A stretch of DNA of 64,000 bases, from assembly GCF_009914755.1 (NCBI RefSeq), contig NC_060925.1; one strand, written 5' to 3'. Made by a program: the position numbers and the translations under genes. This document shows positions 14,779 to 27,404 of this stretch, one piece after another. The stretch comes from the human T2T-CHM13v2.0 reference genome, Homo sapiens. A model generated the notes under the pieces. It searched no databases. It was not told the origin of the DNA and saw only the letters and a list, made by a program, of their open reading frames with translations. Numbering within the stretch: the first letter of the stretch is position 1; every line of letters begins with the position of its first letter.

Positions 14779-14797
14779 TGGCCACTAGGTGGTGATA
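14779..14797 (+). promoter_or_regulatory. Candidate CTCF binding motif
   Basis: TGGCCACTAGGTGGTGATA against consensus TGGCCACCAGGGGGCGCTA. Motif match only. Confidence 0.35.
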
Positions 14798-15093
14798 ATT
14801 CGTTGTTAAGAGAGAATACTGTTATAATTTAGGCTTAACTTAGATCTAGGATGTATAGAACCTGACAAATGATATGAATAGATTTATCAGAATTTTGATA
14901 ATATAAGCATATTATCAGAATTTTGAAGCAGAGAGAATCAAGTCTTTCTGGAACTACACTGGAGTAATTTACGTGGATGATCTAAATATCCATCATGACA
15001 GGAATGGTTGAGGGAATGATGGCCTATTAATAGAATTGAGTATTATGTAACCATTAAGTACTACATGCACACACACATAAAAAGCACTCAGTA

Positions 15094-15362
<269 letters not shown>

Positions 15363-15549
15363 AAAAGCACTCAGTAAGTATGTGTTCAATTAAAAATAAT
15401 TATAAAATTTTGTAATTCTGTAGAAAGACTTTCAAATTAGTATTACATGAAAAAAATAAGATACATTGAACATGTAGAGTTAGTTTAACTGTAAAAATGA
15501 AATTTAAGAGAACATGTCAAAATTCTGTACAGTACAAAATATTGTAAAA

Positions 15550-15590
15550 TTTTGTACAAGAAACTTTTGTACAAGAAACATTTTGTACAA
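15550..15590. repeat. Short tandem repeat (ttttgtacaagaaac) x ~2.7
   Basis: Units start at 15550, 15565 and 15581. Confidence 0.85.
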
Positions 15591-16994
15591 TGGGTGTATA
15601 TTAATTTTGCAATAAGATTAAAAATAAAAATAAATGAAGGGATAGTTAGAATTCCCAAGATGAAGTCTAGCATCAAAATTTCCAGCCTGCCTTTTTCTGA
15701 ACTTGTACACGTTTTCTCTATAGCCCAGCTGGGAGCTAAAACTTCAGAATGATAGCATTCTTCTACTTTCTTTGAACATATATGTATTTTAATTAAACAT
15801 TTTATGTTTCTTCAACAACTAGTAGGACTTTAAAGGCTCTGGACTGTTGTTCTAACAGTTTTCCATAGAGGAAAATAAATATTTTGTTTATCCCACAAGT
15901 TTTGTATGAGAGGAGATATCCAAATAAATGTAATAGTCATAATTTCTGTATTCCCAAATCTGAAGAATAATTATAATAGTATACCAGTTAAATGGAAGAG
16001 GTGTTGAAATTTAGAATGGTAATGGACTTTATTGCATGTTTAAAGTTCTTTTCAGTTGATAGCACACTTTAAGTGGATTTTTTTAAGGATTTTACTTTCA
16101 GATTGATTATCTTAATGTTCCTAATATAGTCTTTTTATAGATTGTTTCTGTTTTATTTTATATAAAGAGTTCATAAAGCCAGGTTTATTATTTTTTAACA
16201 TGTTTTATTCAGCTTGTTAATCTTAAGTGTATGTTGAAATGTTAACTCTTGACATTTTAAATACTTTGCCAGCAACCGTAAATACCCGTTATAACCATTA
16301 CCTACAATGGATTTACTATTTTCGTATTTACTTATTGAACAGTAGATTTTATATCATTTTTTAGACTCTTAGGTGGAAAATTGAATTCAAATAACTAGTT
16401 CTTTGTGTTAAATTTTCTTCTGTTAGGAAAAAATACACAAAGTCCCTTTTCACAGTAGTGTCCTATGCTAAAGGTCATTGTATTGTCAAAGACGGCTAGT
16501 GAGGAGTTGCAGATTACCTCACAAAATCATAAATGGGAAAGGGACTTAGATTAAATCTTAAAATAATAATATTTCAATGAGTATATTTTTCTTCATTGTA
16601 ACTTAAGAGAATTAAACATGAAGTTAAATGTCTGCAGGATGCATTTATGTGTATTCATAATGACATTTTATGTGCGGGTAAATGTTTTCTTTCTCTCTTT
16701 TTTTTTTTTTAAGTTGTTACCATCAAAAGTCTCTGAAACTACATAAAGTGATTACATTCCCTGGTCAACAAAAATGAAGTGTTTGTCACTTCATATGTAA
16801 AATTTTCTTGATAGTTATGCTTTTAAAATCTCTTTTTAATGTAAGTTTTTGCCTACTAATCTTTTATTTACATTTTATCTTTTAATGATCTTTATCTTAG
16901 CCTCAAAATTATCTATGAAATACTAATTTTATTTTTGCTTCATTTATAAATTTTGAAGCTTTTTTCAATCATTCGTACAGCTTAGATGGTCTAG

Positions 16995-17082
16995 AACTAT
17001 GGTAGCCACTAGCTACATGTTGCTCTTTAGTTAAATAAAATATAGAATTGGTTCCTTGGTCACACTAGCATATTTCAAATAT
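16995..17082. mobile_element. MER3/MER33-like hAT-Charlie MITE fragment
   Basis: atggtagccactagctacatgt...ttccttggtcacactagcatatttcaa. Confidence 0.6.
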
Positions 17083-17539
17083 TAATTAGTTACATTTGGC
17101 AGACACATAATTCAGGCTCTTGAATTTCTCAGAAAAAAATAATAAATTTGCTCCTGCAGCCTTGTTATCTATCGCGTGTGGATTTTTCTTTAAATGGTGA
17201 CCATATTTTAACTTTTTGTTTTTACCCATTTTACTTAATTTTGAATTATTTGCCACACAGCTGTGATTCTCAGACATCTGATTTATGGCATAAGAGCTTT
17301 TAAAAATTAGACATATGCAGTGAGATTTTGTTAGTGGGTCTGGGATTGGGTCTAAAATCTTTATTTTTAAGAGGTCAGATTAGGAATGATGGGCTTGGAG
17401 CACACTAATCATTCATTCCTAGATTTTGTAGGTTTTTTTAAGCTTTACTTTTATATCAAATTAAATCACCAAAAACCTACATTTTCTGATGATAAATTTG
17501 TCTCCTTGCAGAGATATTGTTACTGAGTTACAGTTACAT

Positions 17540-17660
17540 TGTTCATTTGTTTAATAAGTATAAGCACTTTCTGTGTGCCAGGCACTGTTGTAAGCATAGA
17601 GGGATACATTGATGAATAAAACACAAAAATCCCAGCTCCCATCATTAAATTCTAGTGAAA
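17540..17660 (-). mobile_element. L2 3' end
   Basis: ttcatttgtttaataagtataagcactttctgtgtgccaggcactgttgtaagc. Confidence 0.65.
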
Positions 17661-20512
17661 GTTAAGTCTTTATGTCCCAGAATTTTATGAGAAGAATCAG
17701 CAACAGAAGTGGCAGTATGTAGAATGTCTGATTTTGAATTTTATGTTTAATAAAGATCCATTTAATAAATTCTATTAAGGAATTCAATGCTAAGAAAAAT
17801 TTCTAGTATGACTTGTTATGATTCCTTCTGTTAAAGAATATTGCCTTGCTACAGAGAAACTGTTAAATGCCCAGTTGCACACGTAATTACTGCCCCCACC
17901 CTAACATCATGGTCTGTAAGTCTCTTTTTTTATTCTCTGTGTCTCACTCTTTGCTCAAATCCCATCTCTTCCTCTCTCACATTCTCTCCTATTTTAGAGA
18001 TGTAGTTTTATTATTAACAGTGTGTTTGATTTTAAGCAACCTGAAATTCCTTTGTAAGTAAATGGGCTGTAAAGAACAGAGGGGAAATTGGAAGAGATGA
18101 AGGAAGTGAGTGTTTGGTAAGCTCTATTCTGTGAACTTTTAGGAAAGCTAGAATTGTGTTCTGAGAGATAGGGATTCTTAAACTGAAAGTAGATTTCTGT
18201 ATTTACAGTAACTGTACATTTTAAAAGTTCTCGCAATTTTAGTTTTTATAACTGATTAAGTATTTGTATTTAAAAGGTTGATGGAAAATCTAGAGATTAG
18301 TCCATCTATCTTGTTTTACTATAAGTGAAATCCAGCATTTTAAATAATTTACACAAAGACATTCAGCTTGGGAGTATCACAGGCAGGACTAGAACTAGTT
18401 TCCTTAATGTTGTCTCTTTGATAAGCTTAAGAGATATTTGTAAATTTTTTACTACTTTCATTAGAAACCCATACGGTTTCTAAAAATTCAGTTAAATTTT
18501 TATTGAGTTACTGCTATGTGCAAAGCACTATACTTACCACTGAGCGTGTAAAGTTGAAACTGACTCATTAGTATGCGTGCACCACAGAGACACTTTGTTC
18601 AGCTAATCATAAGCACTCAATGAAAATATGATTATTGAAGAAAAACTGTTTCTTACCCTTAAGGGTTTCAAAATCTCAATAATTTATATTCAATAAATTA
18701 AATCGATAAGAATTTTATTTCAAAATGTCTTCGCTTTACAACCCTCATGATGTTATTAAAGAGAAAACTTCATAAGCAGAGAGAAATCTGTAACTAGAAT
18801 TGTGGCAAAAAACAATAAAGTTGAGATTTTTTTCTGTGTACTTACAATAAATGTTTACCAGAAATACTAATTTGTGTATTTACGTAAGCTGTTCATATCT
18901 AAATGGGACATGTCAAAGATTTATTAATGCACAAATTCATGGATAATGTAGCCCAGTGGCTTTTAACCTTTTGGAGAATCTAATGTACATTTGCAAATTT
19001 TACATACAGTGTTAAGATGCTTATGCTTTTTTCTCCCCCACCAAGCTCATTTATGAACTTCTAATTAGATGTATCTACATCTGGAGTTATTGGGGGTATT
19101 TTGAAAGAGCCTTTCAGGTGGCTCTTGTCCATGGTGGGCTACTGCTACGATAAGAACTTATTATTTCTTGCTGGTATGTTGAAAATCACAGATAACTTTT
19201 ATTCATTATTTACATAGTGTGCCTTTTTTAAAAAATCTAAACTTTGCCAGACTGGTAATCTTCTCTCGGGTATTTGTGTTCTGAGTCCAAAATAATATTA
19301 CCTGCCTATTCCAGATAAAGTAGTCCTATTTTAATAAATATCAAGGGATGGTAGAAAGTATATTAAACTCTATTGCAAAAGATCCGAATTCCAAAATTAC
19401 TATTAATAGTTTTATATTTAAAATAATATGTACCTAATCTTGGGCCTCAGTTCCCTCCATGTATAAAAGATTATTGTAGTAAATTCAAATTTATGGTCTC
19501 TTAAGAGCTCAGCTTTACACTTTGTTAAGTGAAATAAAGCAGCAGACTTGAAATTAGGAGATTTGAATTCTACTTCAAAGTATATTTTTGTATTTCTATG
19601 AGTGTGTGGCTACATGATTTACATTCTGTATTTTCTCATGGAATATAATGAGATGTCATTTAGCTTTCTCTCAAGCTTAGGAATGTCACACTGAGTCACT
19701 GACTTGTCGTCAGGCCTGGAATCACCATTCTCTCTGCTGCCGTCACCTCATAACAGCTATCTCCATATTCTGTGTTGGATGTGTTTCCTTCTCAAAGTTC
19801 CCCTGAACAGGAGGGTCTGTGTATTTTAATCTGCATATATCCAGTGACTGGCATAGAATTGGTACATTAAAGAGACAATAACAGTTTGACTAATTTTTTT
19901 TTCAAACTTTGGTTTTAAAAACTACATATAGGCATACATGTTTCATTTTTATTATATCACCATAAATTAGTTTCCAAAATAATATTGTAATCCAAAAATG
20001 TGTTAACTAGCTCCTCAAATTTTTTTTATCATTCTTAATTCAGAATTCACTAAGCATCTATTATATAGCAAACACCAGATACATAACTCCTTATGGAGCT
20101 CACAGCTTAGCAAGTAAGACAAAAAGGTGCAAATTATTAATTGCGTTGCAGTGTGAGGGTTTCTGTACGTGTAAACAAAATATAAGTAAATATTGAGAAT
20201 TTAAGTAATGCTTGTAATATGACTCATTTTGAATTACGATAGATATTTTACTTGGTGAACATGATATATTTGTTTAATCCTGGCTCCTTGTAGAGCACAG
20301 CTCTCTTTACCAGTGGTGACATAGAGGGAACAGGGTTATTTATGTTATCGCAGGCCTTTGTCTGTGAAACTTAGAGTAGACGAAATTTCTTTTTAGCATT
20401 CTCTTTAAAGGTCTCCAGATATTTTAAAAATATGGAAAATTGTTATATATCATATCCTAAATTATTATTTTATGTATTCTACTTTTTCTTTTAAGTATGT
20501 TTTTGCTTTTAG

Positions 20513-20628
20513 GAGGATTCTCTATGGGAGGATGCATGGCAATGCATTTAGCATATAGAAATCATCAAGATGTGGCAGGAGTATTTGCTCTTTCTAGTTT
20601 TCTGAATAAAGCATCTGCTGTTTACCAG
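20513..20628 (+). CDS. LYPLAL1: LYPLAL1 exon 4 with the nucleophile elbow GGFSMGG (catalytic Ser codon TCT 20521-20523)
   Basis: Pyrimidine tract plus TAG acceptor (20510-20512) and donor CAG|GTAAGT at 20629. Translates (G)[38 protein letters not shown]. 116 bp. Confidence 0.97.
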
Positions 20629-21472
20629 GTAAGTTCCAGATTTAAAAAAAAATGAAAAAAATATGAAATATATACATGTTAAAACTAAAGCAAAATCGGT
20701 AATAAAGCTGTAAAACACACACACAGTTGATGCACAGTTGATATGGATTGACCATTCCTGGAATTCATGGCCAAATGAGTCGTAGTGATTAAATTCCAGC
20801 TGATCATTAATGTTTTGGAAATCCCCTGTACAAGAAATATTGTTAAGCAAAATGTCAAGGAGGAAAGGATAATCATGTGTGTGGTTGTGGGGGAGCATAT
20901 ATGTAAATTTTATACATATTAAAACTGCATGATGGTTATAGCTGGGTTTGCTTATTGCATCATGAACATAAAACAAAAATCAATTACATAGCACATACTT
21001 ATTATGCAGCAATATCCTCATCTATGAATATGATGCAGCTTCAATTATAATGTTACAGCTTCAGTACCAGAAGTGGAAATGTTAAAGCAGATACAGAATA
21101 GAGAACTAAAATGTAATTGTCCCCTTGATTGTGCCTTAGCTGTGTACTCCTCCCTCCTTCCACATTGTGTGAAGAGGTCTGTCTTCCCAAGTCACTTAGT
21201 TTCTTTAGGAAATGCTTTGGCCATTTTTAAGACGTCCTCTATAGAATAAATGTAAGTGACACACAGTTACAAATTGAGTGATGCCAGGAACCAGCTAAGT
21301 CCCCAGGCCTGGCCCACCAATGTATACCTCAGACAGCACTCCCTCTGCCTTTTTTTTCCCATTAGTTATTGAAGCCTTGGTAAAATTGGAATTTTCCTGT
21401 TCTCTCTGATTTCTAAGAATGATCTTAAATGGAATTTCTTAAACTTTTCTGTCTTTGTATCTTCTTCTCTAG

Positions 21473-21709
21473 GCTCTTCAGAAGAGTAATGGTGTACTTC
21501 CTGAATTATTTCAGTGTCATGGTACTGCAGATGAGTTAGTTCTTCATTCTTGGGCAGAAGAGACAAACTCAATGTTAAAATCTCTAGGAGTGACCACGAA
21601 GTTTCATAGTTTTCCAAATGTTTACCATGAGCTAAGCAAAACTGAGTTAGACATATTGAAGTTATGGATTCTTACAAAGCTGCCAGGAGAAATGGAAAAA
21701 CAAAAATGA
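21473..21709 (+). CDS. LYPLAL1: LYPLAL1 terminal coding exon (exon 5) with catalytic Asp (GAT 21530-21532), catalytic His (CAT 21626-21628) and stop
   Basis: Long pyrimidine tract plus AG at 21471-21472. Translates [78 protein letters not shown], with TGA at 21707-21709. The HG-x-x-D and His motifs match the acyl-protein thioesterase family. Confidence 0.97.
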
Positions 21710-21965
21710 ATGAATCAAGAGTGATTTGTTAATGTAAGTGTAATGTCTTTGTGAAAAGTGATTTTTACTGCCAAATTATAATGATAATTAAAATATTAAG
21801 AAATAACACTTTCCTGACTTTTTTATTATTAAAATGCTTATCACTGTAGACAGTAGCTAATCTTATTAATGAAAAACAATAGACAAACATCTGTGCATAA
21901 TTTTTCAGACACAATTCTGTAAATATTTGGAAACCTTTTAAGTATTTAAACTTTTAAATTTTTGA

Positions 21966-21971
21966 AATAAA
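21966..21971 (+). terminator. Candidate proximal polyadenylation signal AATAAA
   Basis: First canonical hexamer after the stop codon. ATTAAA variants also occur at 21787 and 21828. Confidence 0.45.
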
Positions 21972-22119
21972 GTATTCTAAACTAATATAAATAAGGACAA
22001 TGAAAAAACATGAAAGGACTTAGCATAATGTTATTTTATCTTTTCTACAACTTTGTTTAAATTACCTTTCCAAAGATATTTGTGTTTATGTAATTTTCCA
22101 CGGAATAACATTAATACTC

Positions 22120-22435
22120 TAGGTTTATAAACCGGTTTCACATTATTTCATTTGATCATCACAAGAGCTTTGTGAAGTAAGCCGAGAAGTTGTTACTGGT
22201 ATTTAATAATAGCAATAGAGGAGTTAAAGACTTTCCCACAGCTTGCAGGTCAAGACAAGAAATTCAGGTCTCCTAATTCTCAGTGGAGCTCTATTTCTGT
22301 TAACCCAAATTGCTGCTCTGTTTTAGGTCTCAATTTCATCTGTAAAATGATACTAATAGTACTTATCCCATTGGATTTTTGTTGAGATTTAAATAAATAG
22401 CCAAAAGCCAATACATAATAAACACTCAATAAAGA
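22120..22435. mobile_element. Two MIR-like fragments in opposite orientation within the LYPLAL1 3' UTR
   Basis: Antisense MIR (atttcatttgatcatcacaa...gagttaaagactttccca), then sense MIR (tctcaatttcatctgtaaaatg...atagtacttatccca). Confidence 0.55.
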
Positions 22436-22619
22436 TTAACCATAAGGAGAGTCATGATCTGGTTCCAGGAATACATTGTTAGATGACTGAAAAATTGTAT
22501 TACTTCAATGAAAATACTATAAATAATAACATTTTCATATATTAGTTGGTTCTCATGCATACATAATCTAATTTTATTTGATCCTCACAACTGTTTAAGT
22601 TTTATTAAATATACATTAT

Positions 22620-24490
22620 CCCTGTTTGTATAAATAGAATCATACAATACCTGCCTGCTTTCATTCAACAAAATTATCATGAGATTTTTCCATGTTGTGT
22701 ACATCAATAGTTCATCTATTTTATTGCTCAGTAATATTCCATTGTGTGGATGTATCACTATTTGTTTACACATTCACCACTGATATATAAGTTGCTTCCA
22801 GTGTGAGGCTGTTTTAAATAAAGCTGCTATGAATATTCATGTAAGAGTCTCTGCATCGACCTATGTTATTTTTCTTTGGTAAATAAGTAGGAGTAGAATG
22901 GCTGGGTTATATTTTAGGCATACTTATAACCTTCCAAGAAATAGCCAACTCTTTGAGAAAATAGTTGTGCCATTTTACATTCTAGCAGCAGTGTATGAGA
23001 GTAGTATTGCTCCAGATCCTTGCCAACACTCATTATGACTCCTTTATCCATTCAGTAAGTATATGGTAGTAATATATTGTGGCTTAATTTACATTTTCTA
23101 AATGAATGTGTTAATTTTTATATGCTGATTAACAGTGTCTCAGCACTATTTGGTGAAACAACTATCATCCATGGAAATATTTTTGCACCTTTGTCAAAAT
23201 TCAGCTAGATCTTGCCTTTGTGGATCTGTTTCTGGGTTCTCTCTTCTGTTCCATTGATTTATGTATCCATCCTTCAACCAGCATCACATAGTCTTAATTA
23301 CTATAACTGTATAAGTCTTGAAATCAGGTAGAGTAAGTCCTCTCAGTTTATTTTTTTTTCAAGATTGCTTTTGACTGTTTTTGTTCCTTTCCTTTCCACA
23401 TAAACAACCTTGTCTGTATCTACAAAAAAAAAAAATTCTTGCTGGGATTTTGATAGGAATTATTTTAAACCTGTACATCAATTTGGGGAGAATTTGCATC
23501 CTTACTATGTTGAATCTTCTAATCCACAAACATGATATGTTACTCCACTTATTTAGATACTTGATTTCTTTTATCAGCGTTTTTGAGGCTTTCTCCATAT
23601 AAGTTCTGTACCTATTTTGTTAGATTTATACTTGTATTTTATTTTGCGATTGATTATAAGTGGTTTGTACTATTTTCAGTTTCCAAGTGCCCTTTGCTAG
23701 CATATTGAATCACAATTTTTATATGTTGGTCTTGATCTTATGGAGCTCAATTATTAATTTTAGGAGTTTTTCTGTAGATTTTTAGGGTAGTCTGCAAAGA
23801 TCATTATGTCATCCACAAACTGAAACAGTGTTATTTCTTCCTTTCCAAATATATGCCTTTTATTTTCTTTTGTTTGCATATTACACTGGCTAGAACTTCT
23901 AGTACTATGCTGAACAAGAGTGGTGAGAGCAGACATCCTTGTCTTGTTCCCAGCCTTAGGAGAAAGCATTCAGTCTTACATCATTAAATATGTTAGCTGT
24001 AGTGTTTTAATACATGTCCATTATCAAATTGATGATATTCCTCTCTGTTCCTGCTTTTCTGAGAGTTATTACGATGAATGGCTGTTGAATTTTGTCAAAT
24101 GATTTTTTTGCAACAATTAATATATTTGTGATTTTTCTTCTTCAGTCTGTTACTGTGGTGCTCAATTTTGGTATATTGCGTTAGCTTTGCATTCCTGAAA
24201 TAAACTCCCTTGGTTATATTGTATAATTTTTATATATTGCTGAATTGTATTCACTAATACTTTGTTAAGGATGTTTGTGTCTATGTTCACGAAAGATTTT
24301 GGTCTGCAGTTTTTGCTTGTTTTGTACTATCTTTGGTTTTGGTATCAGGACAGTATTAGCTTCATAAAATAGATTGGGTAGTATTTTCTCCTCTTCTGTT
24401 TTCTGGGAGAAATTATATAGTATTGCTATTAATTTTTCCTTAACTGTTTGGTAGATTTCTTTAGTGAAATCATCTGGGCCCAGAGATTTC
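22620..24490 (-). mobile_element. L1M (L1MB/MC-like) 3' UTR and ORF2 remnants
   Basis: Minus-strand ORF2-like peptides at 23359-23598 ([37 protein letters not shown]), 23760-23969 and 24265-24495 ([18 protein letters not shown]). Confidence 0.88.
22817..22822 (+). terminator. Candidate distal polyadenylation signal AATAAA inside an antisense L1M 3' end
   Basis: AATAAAgctgctatgaatattcatgta, followed by the T/GT-rich element tatgttatttttctttggt. Confidence 0.5.
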
Positions 24491-24667
24491 CGCATACTAT
24501 AACTTTTTATCTTCTTACAGCAATATTATGCCACTTCACATTTATTATAATAACCTTTCATATTTCCCTTCCCAGCCTGTATGCTACTTTTGTTATTTTG
24601 CTTATAGATATAAGTTGCATGTACCATCAACGTCATATTACTTTATTTAAACCAGCAATTTTTCTTT

Positions 24668-24969
24668 TCTTTTTTTTTTTTTTTTGAGATGGAGTCTTGC
24701 TTTGTCACCTAGTCTACTAGAGTACAGTGGCGTGATCTCTGCTCACTACAACTCCACCTCCTGGGTTCAAGAGATTTTTGTACCTCAGCCTCCCAAGTAG
24801 CTGGGATTACATGCACCTGCCACTATCCCCAGCTAGTTTTTGTATTCTTAATAGAGATGGGTTTTCACCATGCTGGCCAGGCTGGTCTCAAACTCCTGAC
24901 CTCAAGTGATCTACCCACCTTGGCCTCCCAAAGTGCTGGATTTACAGGCCTGAGCCACTGCACCTGACC
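24668..24969 (-). mobile_element. Alu (old S or Jb type)
   Basis: Full dimer. TSD gcaatttttcttt at 24655-24667 and 24973-24985. Confidence 0.92.
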
Positions 24970-24989
24970 CAGGCAATTTTTCTTTAAAA

Positions 24990-27000
24990 TGAATTATATA
25001 ATGAGAAAAAATCTTACCTATCTACCCATGAAGATACCATTTCTGGTGCTCCTCAATTTTTTGTGAAGACCTGTATTTTTTTTCTGGTATTTTCATTGTG
25101 ACTGAAGTACATTCTTTAATATTTCTTGGAGTGCAAATCTGGTGATAAATTTCAGCTTTTGTGTCGATGAAGTCTGTATTTTACATTTGTTTTCGAAAGG
25201 TGTTTTCACTGAGTGTAGAATTCCAGATAAACATGTTTTCTCTTAGTGTTTTAAACATGTTGTTTTCCTATCTTCTTACTTGAATTATTTCGAACAATAA
25301 ATTTTCTGTCATTTTTATCTCTGTTCTTCTGTATCTATTGTGTCTTTTTATTCTTGCTGGTTTTAGTAGTCTCTGTTGACCACTGATTTTGACCAACTTG
25401 ATTATTGTGTGTCTTGGTATAATTTCTCACGTGTCTTGTGCTTGGAGTGCCCTCTGATCTTTGTGGGTGGTTCTTTCCCCAGCCTGAGGGTGTTTACTCA
25501 CACCCATGGTGATCAGTAGTCTGCTTAATACTCAAGATAGACCATCTCTAGATCTCAGGACTTCTCTCTCTGTGCAGTTCACTTGTCTCTCATACTCTGC
25601 CCTATCAAATGTAGCCAGCTTGATCTACTCAGACTCATAACTGTGTCTCATCTCAGGGAGTCCACCAGGCTTTGCATGGATTTCCCCTCCCTGTACTGTG
25701 GACTGGGACTCACTTAAGTCAGTAAGCCAGAGTAGTCATAAAGCTCACCCTGTTTGTTTCCCATTTCTGAGGGTTCACTGTCCTTTACTACCCAATGTCC
25801 ACTGCTTTTGAAAAGACATTTTTTCTATTATTTTGCCATGTGTTTCTTTCTTTGTTTCAGGTGAAAGAATAAGATTCCCTGTTACTACATCACAGCTAGA
25901 AGCTAAATGATCCTTTAAAAAGATTTTAAAATTTTTTATATTACCCTTACATTTTCCTTTTCTATTGCTCTTCATTCCATGATATAGCTTTAAATTTCCA
26001 TATGGTGTCATTTTCCTTCTGCCTGAAATACTTCATGAAGTTCATTGATCTTTTATTCTAAAATGCACTTATTTTTCATATCAGATACTGTTCATCTCTA
26101 GTTTTTTTATTTCTTACATTTTTCTATATAATAGGCTTAATCTCTGCCTTTTTGAATATATGGAATATAATTATAGCAATTTTTAATATTTTCTGAGTCT
26201 ATCATTTTTGAGTTTGTATATATTTTTATTCTCATTAAGGGTAGTATTTTGTTGGTCCCTTTATAATATCTAGTGACTTTTGATTGGATTCTAGACATGT
26301 GAGCTCTATCTTGTTAAGTGCTTGGTATTTTTGGATTTCTAAATATTCACAAGTTTTGTCATGGAATACAATTATTGAAAAGTATTAAAAACTGTTTTAT
26401 CCTTTCAGACTTTCTTCTGTGGCTTCCTGGTGGTAGCAGAGCAGTGTTTAGTTCAGGACTAATGTTGCCACACTACTCAAGCAATACATTTTGTCATACT
26501 CTATATGATACTGTCTGGATTGTGAGGTTTTTACACTATAGCTAGCGGGAACACAAACTTCTCATCCTCATGTGAGCCCCACCTATTGCTCCTCTTCCTT
26601 TCAGGAGGTTCATGGTTTCCTCACACATATCTGATGACTAGTACTCTACTGAAGAATTGCGGGGGCACCTCTGCAGATCTCTGGTACTCTGTGTGCAGTA
26701 CTCTACTCTGTGAACTCTAAGCTCTTGACCTCTGTGGACTCCCAGCTCAGTATCCTCATGGCCCCAGCTAGATCTCCCTCCCCAGGCTGCAATCTGAAAA
26801 CTGATACAGACAGTAAGCCGGGGCAGTCCTTAGAGCTTACCTCATTTGTCTTCCTTTCTTAAGGAATGACTGTCCTGTGCTGCCAGAGTACAATATGTAA
26901 AAACATATATGTAGTACAGCTTTCTAGTTGTTTCAAGTAGAATTAATTTGGACCCCATTATTCCATCTTGATCATATTGGTCAAAAGTAGAAGTCTCTTC
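24990..27000 (-). mobile_element. Old L1M (L1MC4/L1MD-like) 5' UTR and ORF1 remnants, with two related 5'-end blocks
   Basis: Similar blocks at ~25500-25903 and ~26630-26997. The peptide MTPYGNLKLYHGMKSNRKGK resembles the L1M ORF1-end/inter-ORF region. Confidence 0.6.
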
Positions 27001-27358
27001 CTTCCTCTAAGACTGAGAATTTAATAAAATCCCTTCAGAGAAGACTCAACTCATGCAGTGCTTTAATTTTCTAAAGCTTTTAATGACCTTCACTTTGAAA
27101 TATTGAATGTTTTATCTTGACCATATTCTGTGCCATTCATGTTTAAAATCCTTATGGATGCATTTTGCCTTAAGAGTAGCATACATTTTATATGCATGTG
27201 TCATAGATATCATGCTTGTGACATGTTCAGTGTATATACCAAATATAATTTAAAGGAAAGAAATCCAGATTTTTTAATGAATGCTTGTTCTGTAAGTCTT
27301 TAACAAAATGAAAAGTTAAACAGATTCAAGGTATCGTTAGTATTGTTTTGCCAGGTTT

Positions 27359-27360
<2 letters not shown>

Positions 27361-27402
<42 letters not shown>
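27361..27402. repeat. (TG)21 microsatellite
   Basis: Perfect dinucleotide run. Confidence 0.98.

Positions 27403-27404
<2 letters not shown>

Larger units (their letters stand above)
21710..22845 (+). other. LYPLAL1: LYPLAL1 3' UTR (distal end inferred)
   Basis: AT-rich sequence after the stop with several poly(A) hexamers. The end is placed ~20 nt past AATAAA 22817-22822 by inference. Confidence 0.6.

Noticed and set aside
14884-14926. Short direct repeat ttatcagaattttga x2 (similar small pairs at 2-41 and 40441-40483)
   Set aside because: Typical small slippage duplications in AT-rich DNA, with nothing pointing to function.
15550-15590. TTTGTACAAGAAA resembling a Gateway/lambda attB core (vector contamination or recombination site)
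   Set aside because: Only 13 nt match, inside a local AT-rich tandem repeat, with no other vector sequence.
20548-21617. Antisense ORFs overlapping exons 4 and 5 (142 aa and 83 aa)
   Set aside because: No recognisable domain. Consistent with shadow frames opposite real exons.
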